The position numbers and the translations under genes were made by a program. The notes below the pieces were generated by a model. That model saw nothing but the letters and a program-made list of their open reading frames with translations. It ran no database searches and was not told where the DNA came from. DNA of 64,000 nt from Nitrospirota bacterium. GTDB taxonomy: Bacteria > Nitrospirota > UBA9217. How positions within the stretch are numbered: position 1 is the stretch's first letter; every line of letters starts with the position of its first letter. Positions 27,338 through 36,533 of the stretch are shown here, piece after piece. Where the stretch lies: positions 288,001 through 352,000 of the forward strand of contig CAWIYV010000010.1 of NCBI GenBank assembly GCA_963840455.1, given 5' to 3'.

Positions 27338-28758
27338 TGTCCTCCCAAAGCGATAATGTCCTATTCTGCCAAAGTTAAAATGTCCTATTTCCAGCTACAA
27401 TGCCCGACCGTACGGGGAGGGCATGATGGCAGAAAAGGACAAGGTTTTAATGAGCCAGACGGAGTCAAACCGGCTTTATGTTATCCGCCAGGCACTGGAT
27501 AAAGCGATAACGCAGCGTCAAGCAGCAGAGATACTTGGATTAACAGATCGTCAGGTAAGGAGAATTGCCAGACGTGTTCGATCGGAGGGCACCGTTGGCA
27601 TTTGCCACAAGTCCCGGGGAAAGCGGTCCCATAACCGGATCGCAGAGAAGATACGGGACAAAGCCGTCACGATCTGCCGGGATACGTACAAGAAATTCGG
27701 TCCCACCCATGCCAGCGAGAAGCTGGTAATGAAGCATGGGATCCAGATCAGCGCTGAGACGCTCCGGGGGTGGTTTCAAGAGGAACAGATTCCCTATAAG
27801 AGTCGGAAGAAACGTCCCCATCGTCAGTGGCGAGAACGAAAGGCCCATCGGGGTGAGATGATTCAGATGGACGGATCCCATCACGACTGGTTTGAGGGGC
27901 GCGGTCCTTGGTGTGTTCTCATGGGGTACGTGGACGATGCCACCGGGACGGTGTATGGGCGTTTTTATGAGTATGAGGGAACGCTGCCGGCCATGGACGG
28001 TTTCAAGCGTTATATCAGGCTCTACGGGCTGCCGCAGAGCGTCTATCTGGACCGGCACTCAACGTACAAGGTCACACCCAAGCAGAGCATCGAAGAGGAG
28101 CTGAGCGATATCCAGCCGATGAGCCATTTCGAGAAAAGCCTGGCCGCGCTTGATGTAAGGGTCATCCATGCCTATTCACCCCAGGCCAAAGGTCGGGTCG
28201 AGCGGCTATTCGGGACCTTTCAGGATCGGGTCGTCAAAGAGATGCGATTGGCCGGAGTAACGAACATCGGGGACGGCAATACGTTCTTGGAGCACTATTT
28301 ACCCGAGTACAACAGAAAGTACGCCAAGGAAGCAGCACAAACGGCGGACTTCCATCGGCCGGTTGTAAGTAAACGGGCGCTTGATACGATTCTCTCGATC
28401 AAGACTGACCGATCACTCCGGAACGACTTTACGGTTGCCCACAACAAGAAGCTTTACCAGATCAAGAGCAGACATTCGAACGAAGAAGGTAGTCGTGGAA
28501 GAAAGAACCGACGGAACCATGCGAATCCTCCATAATGGCCAAAAGCTGAGGTATCAAGAAATTATTGCTCGCCCTCGTCAGACAAAGAAAATCAAGGGGA
28601 GGCCAAGATCACTAACAACGTGGAAGCCGTCTGCGTCGCATCCTTGGAACTCGACCGGGCAAGGCAATGGCCAAAGCAAGAGAAGAACTACAGGCAACAT
28701 CGTAAAACCGGACATTTCTACTTTGGTAAGAATCGGACATTTCTACTTTGGCTTGACA
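27338..28758 (+). mobile_element. IS1202-family insertion sequence B, 1421 bp, divergent from element A
   Basis: TGTCCTCCCAAAGCGATAATGTCCTATTCT...GGACATTTCTACTTTGGCTTGACA; bracketed by the same 16-bp DR. Confidence 0.9.
27423..28705 (+). pseudogene. Frameshifted IS1202-family transposase
   Basis: Intact DDE core (GEMIQMDGSHHDWFEGRG, SPQAKGRVER). An extra base near 28470 shifts YQIKS/DIRTKKVVVEER (element A reads YQIEQMTRAKKVTVEAR). A probable second shift near 28655 precedes the TAA equivalent to that of element A. Could be assembly error. Confidence 0.7.
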
Positions 28759-28774
28759 CGGACGGGCCCGTGCC

Positions 28775-28803
28775 TTGCTTTTCACCGACAAAAATGCTAA
28801 CCT
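28775..28803 (+). promoter_or_regulatory. sigma70 promoter of rlmN, abutting the target duplication
   Basis: TTGCTT-N17-TAACCT with TG extension; starts immediately after the DR. Confidence 0.6.
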
Positions 28804-28822
28804 TGCGCCTGCGAGAAAAGCA

Positions 28823-29878
28823 ATGACCACGAAAGCGATCCCCATAAAGACCCTTTCCTTTGACGAGCTCAAAGAAAAACTGGTCGCGATGGGCCTCAAA
28901 GCATACCGCACCGGCCAGATCTTCGCTTGGATCTACCACCAGCATGCCGTCTCCTTCAACGAGATGACCAATATCGCCAGGGCAGAGCGCGAGCTGCTTG
29001 CCGCGGTTTTTGCCATCACCGCTCCCACGGTCCTGCTCGTGGAGCGCTCATCAGATGGTACCCGGAAGTTCCTCTTCGGGCTCGACGACGGACACACCGT
29101 CGAGAGCGTGCTCATCCCCGACGAGGACCGGCAGACGCTCTGCATCTCGTCGCAGGTTGGGTGCCGGCAGGCCTGTCGTTTCTGCCTTACGGCCCAAAGC
29201 GGCTTTATCCGCAACCTGAAGGCCTCCGAGATCAGCGACCAGGTCCTGGAGGTCTCCCGCGTCCTGCGCAGGGAAGGATCGCGGGACATCACCAACATCG
29301 TGCTCATGGGCATGGGCGAGCCTCTCGCGAACTTCATGGAATTGACCAGGGCGCTTCGGACCATTACCTCCGACAAGGGACTGGGGATCTCGCCGCGCCG
29401 GGTGACGGTCTCCACGAGCGGCCTTGTCCCGGAGATCGGAAAGCTGGGGGCGTTAGGCCTGAGGGTGAACCTGGCCGTGTCGCTGAACGCCTCAACTGAT
29501 GAGGTCCGCGACCGAATCATGCCGGTGAACAAGCGCTACCCCATTCGGGAGCTTCTGGCCGCGTGCCGGCGCTTTCCCCTTGAGCCGAGACGGCGGATCA
29601 CCTTCGAGTACGTGCTCTTGAAGAGGGTGAATGATTCGCCCGAGGACGCCCTCCGGCTCGCGAAGCTCCTCCGGGGCATCAAATGCAAGGTGAACCTCAT
29701 CCCGTTCAATCCCTTCCCGGGCAGCGAGTTCCAGCGGCCCGATGACGGCATGGTGCGCCGGTTCCAGCGGGTCCTTCTCGACCACCACTATACCGCGCCG
29801 GTGCGCGAGTCCCGGGGCCGCGACATCTCTGCGGCCTGCGGCCAGCTCCGGGAGCGGGCTACGATTGCACTCCCGTAA
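28823..29878 (+). CDS. rlmN: 23S rRNA (A2503-C2) / tRNA radical-SAM methyltransferase
   Basis: TLCISSQVGCRQACRFC, MGMGEP, VNLIPFN and DISAACGQL motifs. Confidence 0.96.
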   Translation: MTTKAIPIKTLSFDELKEKLVAMGLKAYRTGQIFAWIYHQHAVSFNEMTNIARAERELLAAVFAITAPTVLLVERSSDGTRKFLFGLDDGHTVESVLIPDEDRQTLCISSQVGCRQACRFCLTAQSGFIRNLKASEISDQVLEVSRVLRREGSRDITNIVLMGMGEPLANFMELTRALRTITSDKGLGISPRRVTVSTSGLVPEIGKLGALGLRVNLAVSLNASTDEVRDRIMPVNKRYPIRELLAACRRFPLEPRRRITFEYVLLKRVNDSPEDALRLAKLLRGIKCKVNLIPFNPFPGSEFQRPDDGMVRRFQRVLLDHHYTAPVRESRGRDISAACGQLRERATIALP

Positions 29879-29891
29879 CGGCAACCCTGCT

Positions 29892-30500
29892 TCATGGTCT
29901 TTCACCCTGCCGCGCATTATAGATCATGCCGCCCTGCTCCGCGTAGCGCCTGAGGACCGCTGCGGCCTCGGCCCGGCAGACGCTCTGCACCACCGCGATC
30001 CCGCGTTCCTCGAGCTCCCGCTGCCATCTCGCTGGCTTCGCCCCTTCATCAAAGCCAATGCCGGTAACATCCTCCCCGGTTGCGCCGCATACCAGGCGCC
30101 GCACCCCAGACCAGGGAATGGCACCCAGACACATGGCGCACGGCTCCGTGCTCGTCACCAGCTCGAGCGGCGGCATGCCGCCGCCGCCCAGATCGTAGGT
30201 CCCCGCCCACTGCTGGGCGAGCATGATGGCGATGATCTCGGCATGGGCGATCGAACTGTTCAGGGAGATCACGAGATTCACACCGGCCGTGATGAGCCGG
30301 CCTGTTCCGCCGTTGAATACAGCCGCTGCGAATGGGCCTCCCGTTCCCGCCAAAATGTTCTGCTCGGCGAGTCCGATGACGAAGCGCATGCGGTCTTCCA
30401 CAGCGGGAAAGGCCGTGTCCGGCGGCGGCAGGGCCCTTTCCAGCCAGGGGGGCAGGGACAGGGTAATGACGGTTTGGGGGAGAGCGTTCTTCATGACCAT
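29892..30500 (-). CDS. Zinc-dependent nucleoside/nucleobase deaminase
   Basis: GGPFAAAV, AHAE and EPCAMC motifs. Confidence 0.88.
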   Translation of the reverse strand: MVMKNALPQTVITLSLPPWLERALPPPDTAFPAVEDRMRFVIGLAEQNILAGTGGPFAAAVFNGGTGRLITAGVNLVISLNSSIAHAEIIAIMLAQQWAGTYDLGGGGMPPLELVTSTEPCAMCLGAIPWSGVRRLVCGATGEDVTGIGFDEGAKPARWQRELEERGIAVVQSVCRAEAAAVLRRYAEQGGMIYNARQGERP

Positions 30501-30552
30501 GACTGGCGGTATGCTGATGGAGCTGGCGAGGATCGGGCGCGGCGTGGCGGGA

Positions 30553-30936
30553 CTACCCTCGCTTGCCGCTGATGATCTCGTTCACCACGCTCAAAAGGTC
30601 GGCGGTCTGGATGGGTTTGGCGATATAGGCATTGGCGCCGAGGGCAAGGCCTCGCTTGCGGTCCTCATCGGCGCCCTCGGTGGTGATGATGATGATGGGA
30701 ATGGCCTTGTGAACGGGGTCATTACGGACCATGGAAACGAGCTTGAGGCCGTCCATGATGGGCATGTTGATGTCGGTGAGGATGATGTCGAACTTCTGGG
30801 AGGAAAGCTTCTTCAGGGCGTCTATGCCGTCGTTCGCCTCGACGATCTTGCTACCGGGAATGCGCTTGAGGGCAAAGGTAATGAGCTGCCGCATCGTGGG
30901 CGAGTCTTCAACCACCAGGAAATTGTACTCCGGCAT
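30553..30936 (-). CDS. cheY: CheY-type response regulator
   Basis: LVVEDS, TDINMP, ITTEG, AKP; end of the che cluster. Confidence 0.88.
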   Translation of the reverse strand: MPEYNFLVVEDSPTMRQLITFALKRIPGSKIVEANDGIDALKKLSSQKFDIILTDINMPIMDGLKLVSMVRNDPVHKAIPIIIITTEGADEDRKRGLALGANAYIAKPIQTADLLSVVNEIISGKRG

Positions 30937-30949
30937 CGGATAACCTCCG

Positions 30950-31777
30950 TTATTGTTTCTCTTTCAGCAGGTCGAGGAAGCTTTGGATGGTTGAGAGCTT
31001 GCGCTCTGACTGAGAGTAGAGCTTCGAGGAGAAGAGCGCCGTGGCCGCGTGGCCTGCCAGCATGGAGAACAGCTCGTAGTCCATGTTCGAGAACTGCGTT
31101 TTCTGAATCAGGAGCTTGTAGATGACAATGGCGCCGATCACGTGCTCCTTGATCTTGAGCGGTATGCAGACCAGCGGGTGGGTATAATCAACACCCGTGA
31201 GGTCCGTCGGGTCCCCTTCCCGGTAGTATGACTCGCCATCCTTTGCCACCTTTCCGACAACGCCTTCGCCGGTCTTGATGGTGCCGTGCGCCTCCGGCCC
31301 CATGCCCTCCTGGGCGACGACGGCCAGTTCGTGCGTCTTCTCATCGAGCATCATGATGGAGAACTCTTCGGCGCCGATAAGGTTCATGACGATCTCGAGG
31401 ATGATCTTGAGGGATTCGTTGAAGTCCAGGGTCGAGTGCAACTGGTAGCTCGCCACGTAGAGGTTGGCCAGGTTGTTGTTCTCCGCCTCCACCTCGATGT
31501 AGCGGCTGGCAAAGTCCTTGTTCTCCTCTTCCACCTGGCGGTAGCGGTCGAGCAGGTTCTTATTTTCCTCTTCGAGGAACCTGAGGCGTTCTTCCAGGGA
31601 GTGCACCTTGAAGGTCCCCTCGCGGTCGGAGAACTTGTTGACCTCTTCGAGCTGGGCAAGACGGTACCTGAGCTTCTCGTTCTCCCTGAGCAGTTCCTGG
31701 GTGAACTCCTCCCCTTTTTTGAAAACCTGGAGGAACTCTTCGACCTTCTTGTTCAGGGTTCCGGGGTCCTTATCCAT
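30950..31777 (-). CDS. Coiled-coil + GAF domain protein
   Basis: Start MDKDPG with AAGGAGG RBS. Coiled coil, then LHSTLD...GEGVVGKVA..CIPLK..IGAI GAF pattern. Confidence 0.85.
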   Translation of the reverse strand: MDKDPGTLNKKVEEFLQVFKKGEEFTQELLRENEKLRYRLAQLEEVNKFSDREGTFKVHSLEERLRFLEEENKNLLDRYRQVEEENKDFASRYIEVEAENNNLANLYVASYQLHSTLDFNESLKIILEIVMNLIGAEEFSIMMLDEKTHELAVVAQEGMGPEAHGTIKTGEGVVGKVAKDGESYYREGDPTDLTGVDYTHPLVCIPLKIKEHVIGAIVIYKLLIQKTQFSNMDYELFSMLAGHAATALFSSKLYSQSERKLSTIQSFLDLLKEKQ

Positions 31778-31899
31778 CCTGCCCTCCTTGCCTCGGTTGC
31801 GACCAGCACCACGTCCCGGCATCCTTGCGCGTCGGTCGTTACATCGATGCACCGCCGCTCGGCAATCGGCGCACTGCGCCGTCACCAGCGATTTGACCT

Positions 31900-31928
31900 A
31901 TTATAATCAAGACGTCCGAAATTATCAA
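31900..31928 (-). promoter_or_regulatory. Internal sigma70 promoter for GAF-cheY
   Basis: TTGATA-N17-TATAAT. Confidence 0.7.
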
Positions 31929-31963
31929 GCCTATTTGTTCTGCGCGCTCTTTTCCTGCGCGTT

Positions 31964-33040
31964 TCAGGCCCTTCCGGAGCACCGGAAAGATATCTCGTCA
32001 GCCATCCGTGAGAGCGGCAGGACCTTGTCGACGGCACCCGAGCGGATCACTTCCTGGGGCATTCCGAAGATCACGGCGCTTTCCTGGCTTTCGGCGATAC
32101 ACTGACCATTCAACCTCTTGATGGCCAAGGCCCCGGCTGTACCGTCGTTGCCCATCCCCGTGAGCACCACGCCCAGGACCGCTGAGCCGCACGCCTCGGC
32201 GACCGAGGCCATCATCCGGTCCGCGGACGGTACATACTTGTCCGACGGTTCGCGGGGAACGAGCTCAATGAAGAGGCCCTCACGGTCGCGCTTGACCAGC
32301 AAGTGATGCCCGCCGGGCGCGATGAGCGCCATGCCCGACCTGATGCGGTCGCCCGCGGCCGCCTCGCTCACGATGAGCGGGGCGAGTTTGTTGAGACGCT
32401 CCGCAAAGCTCCGGGTGAACCCCGGCGGCATGTGCTGGGAGATGACGATCCCCGCGCCGAGGTCGCCGGGAAGCCCGGAGAGAATCGCCTGCAGGGCGGG
32501 AGGGCCGCCCGTCGAGGCCGCGATCGCCACGATCTCGATCACGCTCTTCCGCGGCGTGGTCTCCTCGTCCTTCCGGACGGCCGGGGCGACCCGCTCACGG
32601 GCCAGCAGGTCAACGGTGGAGCGCACCTTGCCCATCTCGAGCGAAGGCATGGCGCGTACCTTCATGAGAAGCTCTTCCCGGATGCCCTCGAGGCTTTTCG
32701 AGATCCGCGCTTCCGGCTTGGCCAGGAAGTCCACGGCGCCCAGCTCCAGGGCCCGGAACACGCTCCGGCTGTCCGAGCGTGATGAAATGACGAGGACGGG
32801 CGTCGGCCGCTCCTTCATGAGCCACCGCAGGAACGTGAAGCCGTCCATGTTCGGCATTTCCAGGTCCAACGTGATCACGTCCGGGGAGAGGCGCAGCGTC
32901 TTTCCGATGGCGTCGACGCCGTCAATGGCGGTGCCTACCACCTCGATGCCGGTGTCGATCGCCAGCATCTGCGATATGGCGCTTCGATTGAACGCCGAAT
33001 CGTCGACCACCAGGGCCTTTATTGTCCGTATCCTATTCAT
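31964..33040 (-). CDS. cheB: Chemotaxis methylesterase with receiver domain
   Basis: VVDDS/LDLEMP receiver; ASTGGP, QHMPPGFT and LTGMGNDG catalytic motifs. Confidence 0.96.
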   Translation of the reverse strand: MNRIRTIKALVVDDSAFNRSAISQMLAIDTGIEVVGTAIDGVDAIGKTLRLSPDVITLDLEMPNMDGFTFLRWLMKERPTPVLVISSRSDSRSVFRALELGAVDFLAKPEARISKSLEGIREELLMKVRAMPSLEMGKVRSTVDLLARERVAPAVRKDEETTPRKSVIEIVAIAASTGGPPALQAILSGLPGDLGAGIVISQHMPPGFTRSFAERLNKLAPLIVSEAAAGDRIRSGMALIAPGGHHLLVKRDREGLFIELVPREPSDKYVPSADRMMASVAEACGSAVLGVVLTGMGNDGTAGALAIKRLNGQCIAESQESAVIFGMPQEVIRSGAVDKVLPLSRMADEISFRCSGRA

Positions 33041-33926
33041 GGGGGCATCGCGGTGCGGAGGCTTGCCCGGCCCTTAGCCGCACCGGCTTCTGATAGACCA
33101 TGTCGTTCTGCAGCGTGCGAAGCGTGAAAGCGGTCGAGATGTTGATCAGGGATTCTGAATGGCCGAGCAGAAGGTAGCCACCATCCCGCAGCTTGTCATG
33201 AAAGGTCCCGATCACTTTTTTCTTAGCGTCCCGGTCGAAGTAGATGATGACGTTCCGACAAAAAATAATGTCCAGGTCGCGGATCAGACTGGACTTGAAA
33301 GGGTCCAGGAGGTTCACATAGCTGAAGGAGACCAGGCGGCGGACCGGATCGATGATCCGGAAGTCGCCTTTTCCTTCTTCGACGAAGTATCGCTTCAGCA
33401 TTTCCGGCGGCGTCGCCCGATGCGAGCCCTTCTTGTACACGCCCTTCCTGGCCGTGTGCAGGACCCGCTGGTTGATGTCGCTCCCCATGATCTCCACCTG
33501 CCAGTCGCGCCACCAGTCGCCGGACTCGAGCAGGAGGATCGCAATGGTGTAGGGCTCCTCGCCCGTGGAGCATCCGGCGCTCCAGATGCGCAGGCTCTTC
33601 CTCCCGGTGTCCTTCCCGCGAAGCTCAGGAATGATTTCGTCGGAGAACGCCCTGAGCTGGGCGCTTTCCCGGAAAAAATAGGTCTCGTTGGTGGTGAGAT
33701 TGTCCACGAGGACGATGAGTTCTTCATCGCGCCTCCGGTCGTAGCGGAGAAAATGATAGTATTCTTCGAAGCTCTTGAGCTGGTGCTGCTCGAGCCTGCG
33801 GTTCAGCCGCCGCTCCAGCAGGAACTTGGATCCGTCATCGAAGAAGATCCCGCAGTAGTCGTGGATGAAGTCGCGGAGAAGACGGAAGACGTCGTCGGGG
33901 AGCGAGATGAGCTGGTCCGTGAACAT
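33033..33926 (-). CDS. cheR: Chemotaxis methyltransferase
   Basis: TTNETYFFRE, IWSAGCSTGEEPY, IFCRNVIIYFD and LGHSE motifs. Confidence 0.96.
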   Translation of the reverse strand: MFTDQLISLPDDVFRLLRDFIHDYCGIFFDDGSKFLLERRLNRRLEQHQLKSFEEYYHFLRYDRRRDEELIVLVDNLTTNETYFFRESAQLRAFSDEIIPELRGKDTGRKSLRIWSAGCSTGEEPYTIAILLLESGDWWRDWQVEIMGSDINQRVLHTARKGVYKKGSHRATPPEMLKRYFVEEGKGDFRIIDPVRRLVSFSYVNLLDPFKSSLIRDLDIIFCRNVIIYFDRDAKKKVIGTFHDKLRDGGYLLLGHSESLINISTAFTLRTLQNDMVYQKPVRLRAGQASAPRCPHE

Positions 33927-35918
33927 TTATCTCCCCAGGGCTTCCTTGGCCGCCTGCCGGACGGTGGGGTCCGGATCGTCCGCGGCCATCTGCTCGAGGA
34001 GGAGGTCAGTGGCGGGATCCCGCCGATTCTTGAGGATCTCTGCTGCGGATTTCCTCACGCTCCAGTGAGGATCGAAAAGATGGGACAGAACGGACGGCCG
34101 CACGCTGACCCAGTCATAGGAAGAAAGGGCGCCCAGGACGGTCTTGCGCACTTCAGGGTCCTCGTGGCTGGCAAGGGACAGGAGCGGCTCCAGCGCTTCA
34201 CGGACCGATACCCTGCCGACAACGTCCACCAGGGCAAGGAGAAAGATATCACTGGCCTCCTTCAGGTGGCCCGCGAGGACTGCACCGAAACGGTCCGCGC
34301 CGACCTTTCCCAATGCCCGCGCAGCTGCCGCGCGGACCCAGAGGTCTTCGTCATCCAGCAGGGGGATGAGCGCCTCGGCGGACTCGGCAGATCCGGTCCT
34401 GCCCAGGGTCTCCGCCGCCAGCATCCGCACCTCGGGGTCATCGTCGGTGATTGCCAGGAGGAGCGGTCGGATGGCCCTGCTGTCACGGATCGTGTCGAGC
34501 GCGATGACGACGGCCTTCCGCACGTCGGCTTCTTCGTCCTTCAGGGCGAAGGACAGGGCCTCGAACACCCGCTCTGTGCCGAACCGGCCCAGGAGGCGTA
34601 CGATGTTCCGACGCATGCTGGCATCGCGCAATGTGAAGTCCGTGAGCAGTCCGTCCAGGACCGACTCGTCCCCGATGTCGGCGAGGGCGCGGATGGCGCA
34701 CTCCTGAACGTTCTCATATTCGTCCTCCAGGAGCTTCAACAGCGGCACGACCGCCCTCCTGCTCGTCAGCCTTCCGAGGGACTCCGCGGCCGCACCCCGG
34801 ACATGCCCGTTCTCGTCATCGAGCATCGAAAGAAGGGCATCCTCGGCCTCCCGCCTTCCGAACTCTCCCAGCACCACGGCCACGGCGCGCCGGACCAGGA
34901 CGTTGTCGTCCCCCAGACGCCCGAGCAGCAGCGGCACGCACTCCTGGCCCAGATTACGGAGGGCATGGACCACGGGCTCCACCATCTCCTCGTCGCGGAG
35001 CAGGGACAGGAGCTTCGGTACCGCTGCGGGCCTGCCTGTCCAGCCGAGCACGACCACGGCCGACTTCTGCTGCTCCCCTCCGCACGTGTCGATAAGTTCC
35101 TCGAGGAAAGGCATCGTGCGGTCCGCGATGCCGTCGCGCACTGCAGCGACGATCTTTCCGCGGTCCGCGGGGACGCTCTTCCGGAATACGGTCACCAGCG
35201 CCGCCACGGAAGCCTCGCGAACGATGCGCAGGGGATCAGCGAGGCCGCTGATGAGCGGAGGAAGGGTGTTCACGTTGCCGATCTTCCCGAGGGCCTCGAG
35301 CACCGGTTCACGCAGACTGCTCCGGCCAAGGGCCGCTATCAGCGGCTGCAGGGCGCGCTCGTCGCCGATCTCGCCCAGGGCCTCGGCGGCAGCGTAGTCG
35401 AGCCAGCCCTGGTCTCTGGAGCTCAGGCACCCGATGAGCGCGTCCACAGCGCGCCGGTCCCGGAGCTTGCCCAGGGACTCCGCCGCTGCCACGCGGACGT
35501 TCTCGTCGGCATCGTTCAGTTTTTCGAGCAGGCCCGGTACCGCGCGTACGTCGCGGATGTCCCCGAGGACGTCCACGGCGAACTTGCGCACATCGGGGTC
35601 TTCGCTGTCCAGGAGCGGCAGGAGCGGGCCCACCGCTGCCGCACCGATCTGAGACAGCGCCTCGATCGCCGAGTTCCGCGCTCCGGCGTTGTCCTCGGCG
35701 CTGAGACGCTGCACCAGGCCATTCGTAACATCGTCACCCCCGAAGGCAATGAGCCCCTCAACGGCGGTCTTCCGCACGCGCCAGTCCGGATCGCCCAGGG
35801 CCCGGAGCAGGAGGGGTATCGCCCCGCGCTCCGCGCGGCCAAGGTCCACCGCGGCCTCGCGCCGCTCTTCGGCGTCCTGGCTCTCCAGCTTCCTGCTCAG
35901 AAGTTCAAGGGTGGACAT
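33927..35918 (-). CDS. HEAT/PBS-lyase repeat protein
   Basis: Many L-D-x-x-x-x-VR-x-A-A-x-A-L-G repeats; lies between cheW and cheR. Confidence 0.92.
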   Translation of the reverse strand: MSTLELLSRKLESQDAEERREAAVDLGRAERGAIPLLLRALGDPDWRVRKTAVEGLIAFGGDDVTNGLVQRLSAEDNAGARNSAIEALSQIGAAAVGPLLPLLDSEDPDVRKFAVDVLGDIRDVRAVPGLLEKLNDADENVRVAAAESLGKLRDRRAVDALIGCLSSRDQGWLDYAAAEALGEIGDERALQPLIAALGRSSLREPVLEALGKIGNVNTLPPLISGLADPLRIVREASVAALVTVFRKSVPADRGKIVAAVRDGIADRTMPFLEELIDTCGGEQQKSAVVVLGWTGRPAAVPKLLSLLRDEEMVEPVVHALRNLGQECVPLLLGRLGDDNVLVRRAVAVVLGEFGRREAEDALLSMLDDENGHVRGAAAESLGRLTSRRAVVPLLKLLEDEYENVQECAIRALADIGDESVLDGLLTDFTLRDASMRRNIVRLLGRFGTERVFEALSFALKDEEADVRKAVVIALDTIRDSRAIRPLLLAITDDDPEVRMLAAETLGRTGSAESAEALIPLLDDEDLWVRAAAARALGKVGADRFGAVLAGHLKEASDIFLLALVDVVGRVSVREALEPLLSLASHEDPEVRKTVLGALSSYDWVSVRPSVLSHLFDPHWSVRKSAAEILKNRRDPATDLLLEQMAADDPDPTVRQAAKEALGR

Positions 35919-36438
35919 CGCCCGCCTCCGCCAGCGCCGCCTGTTCTTCTCCGCTCAGGACCCTGCTGATATCAAGGATGATGACGAGCCGGTCTGTCAC
36001 CTTTGCCACGCCCGCGATGAAGCCTGCCTGCCCGCTTGTCGCCGCTTCGGGCGCGGGGCCGATGTCTCGGACGGGAATATGCAGCACCTCGCGAACAGTG
36101 TCCACCACCAGCCCCAGCAGATCCTTCGCAGTACCGGTCCCGCCGTGCAGGGCCCCGCGGGTGATGATCATGCGCATCTTCCTTGGGTCGTTCTGGATAT
36201 TCGTGAGACCGAAGCGCTTGCGAAGGTCCACGACCGGGATGATCGCGCCGCGGAGGTTGATCACACCCTCAATGAACCGCGGCATGTGCGGGAGCGGTGT
36301 GATCTTGAGCGGCCGGAGGGCCTCGGTGATAACGCCGATGTCGAGGCCGAATTCCTCCTGCCCAACCTGGAACGTCACGATCTGGGCAGTCTTCTCAGCG
36401 ACGACGGTCTTCTTGTCCTTTTTCTTATTCTGCAGCAT
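35905..36438 (-). CDS. cheW: CheW adaptor
   Basis: EEFGLDI, ITPLP..IEGVINLRGAIIPVVDL and GLVVD motifs. Confidence 0.93.
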   Translation of the reverse strand: MLQNKKKDKKTVVAEKTAQIVTFQVGQEEFGLDIGVITEALRPLKITPLPHMPRFIEGVINLRGAIIPVVDLRKRFGLTNIQNDPRKMRMIITRGALHGGTGTAKDLLGLVVDTVREVLHIPVRDIGPAPEAATSGQAGFIAGVAKVTDRLVIILDISRVLSGEEQAALAEAGDVHP

Positions 36439-36533
36439 GGTTCATAGCACCATAGGTCGTTCGCATTGCGAATGAACACCGTGCAAATGCGCATTCGCAG
36501 CGCGACAACGCATTCCACCGTTCGTGGTCCGAT

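Noticed and set aside
25881-28774. Three identical 16-21-bp repeats as a possible CRISPR or attC array
   Set aside because: The intervening segments are 1.4-kb IS elements with terminal IRs, so the repeats are target duplications; no cas or integrase gene nearby.
28753-28785. Outward TTGACA at the IS right end forming a hybrid promoter for rlmN
   Set aside because: No -10-like hexamer 16-18 bp downstream (TTGCTT/TGCTTT); the native promoter explains expression.
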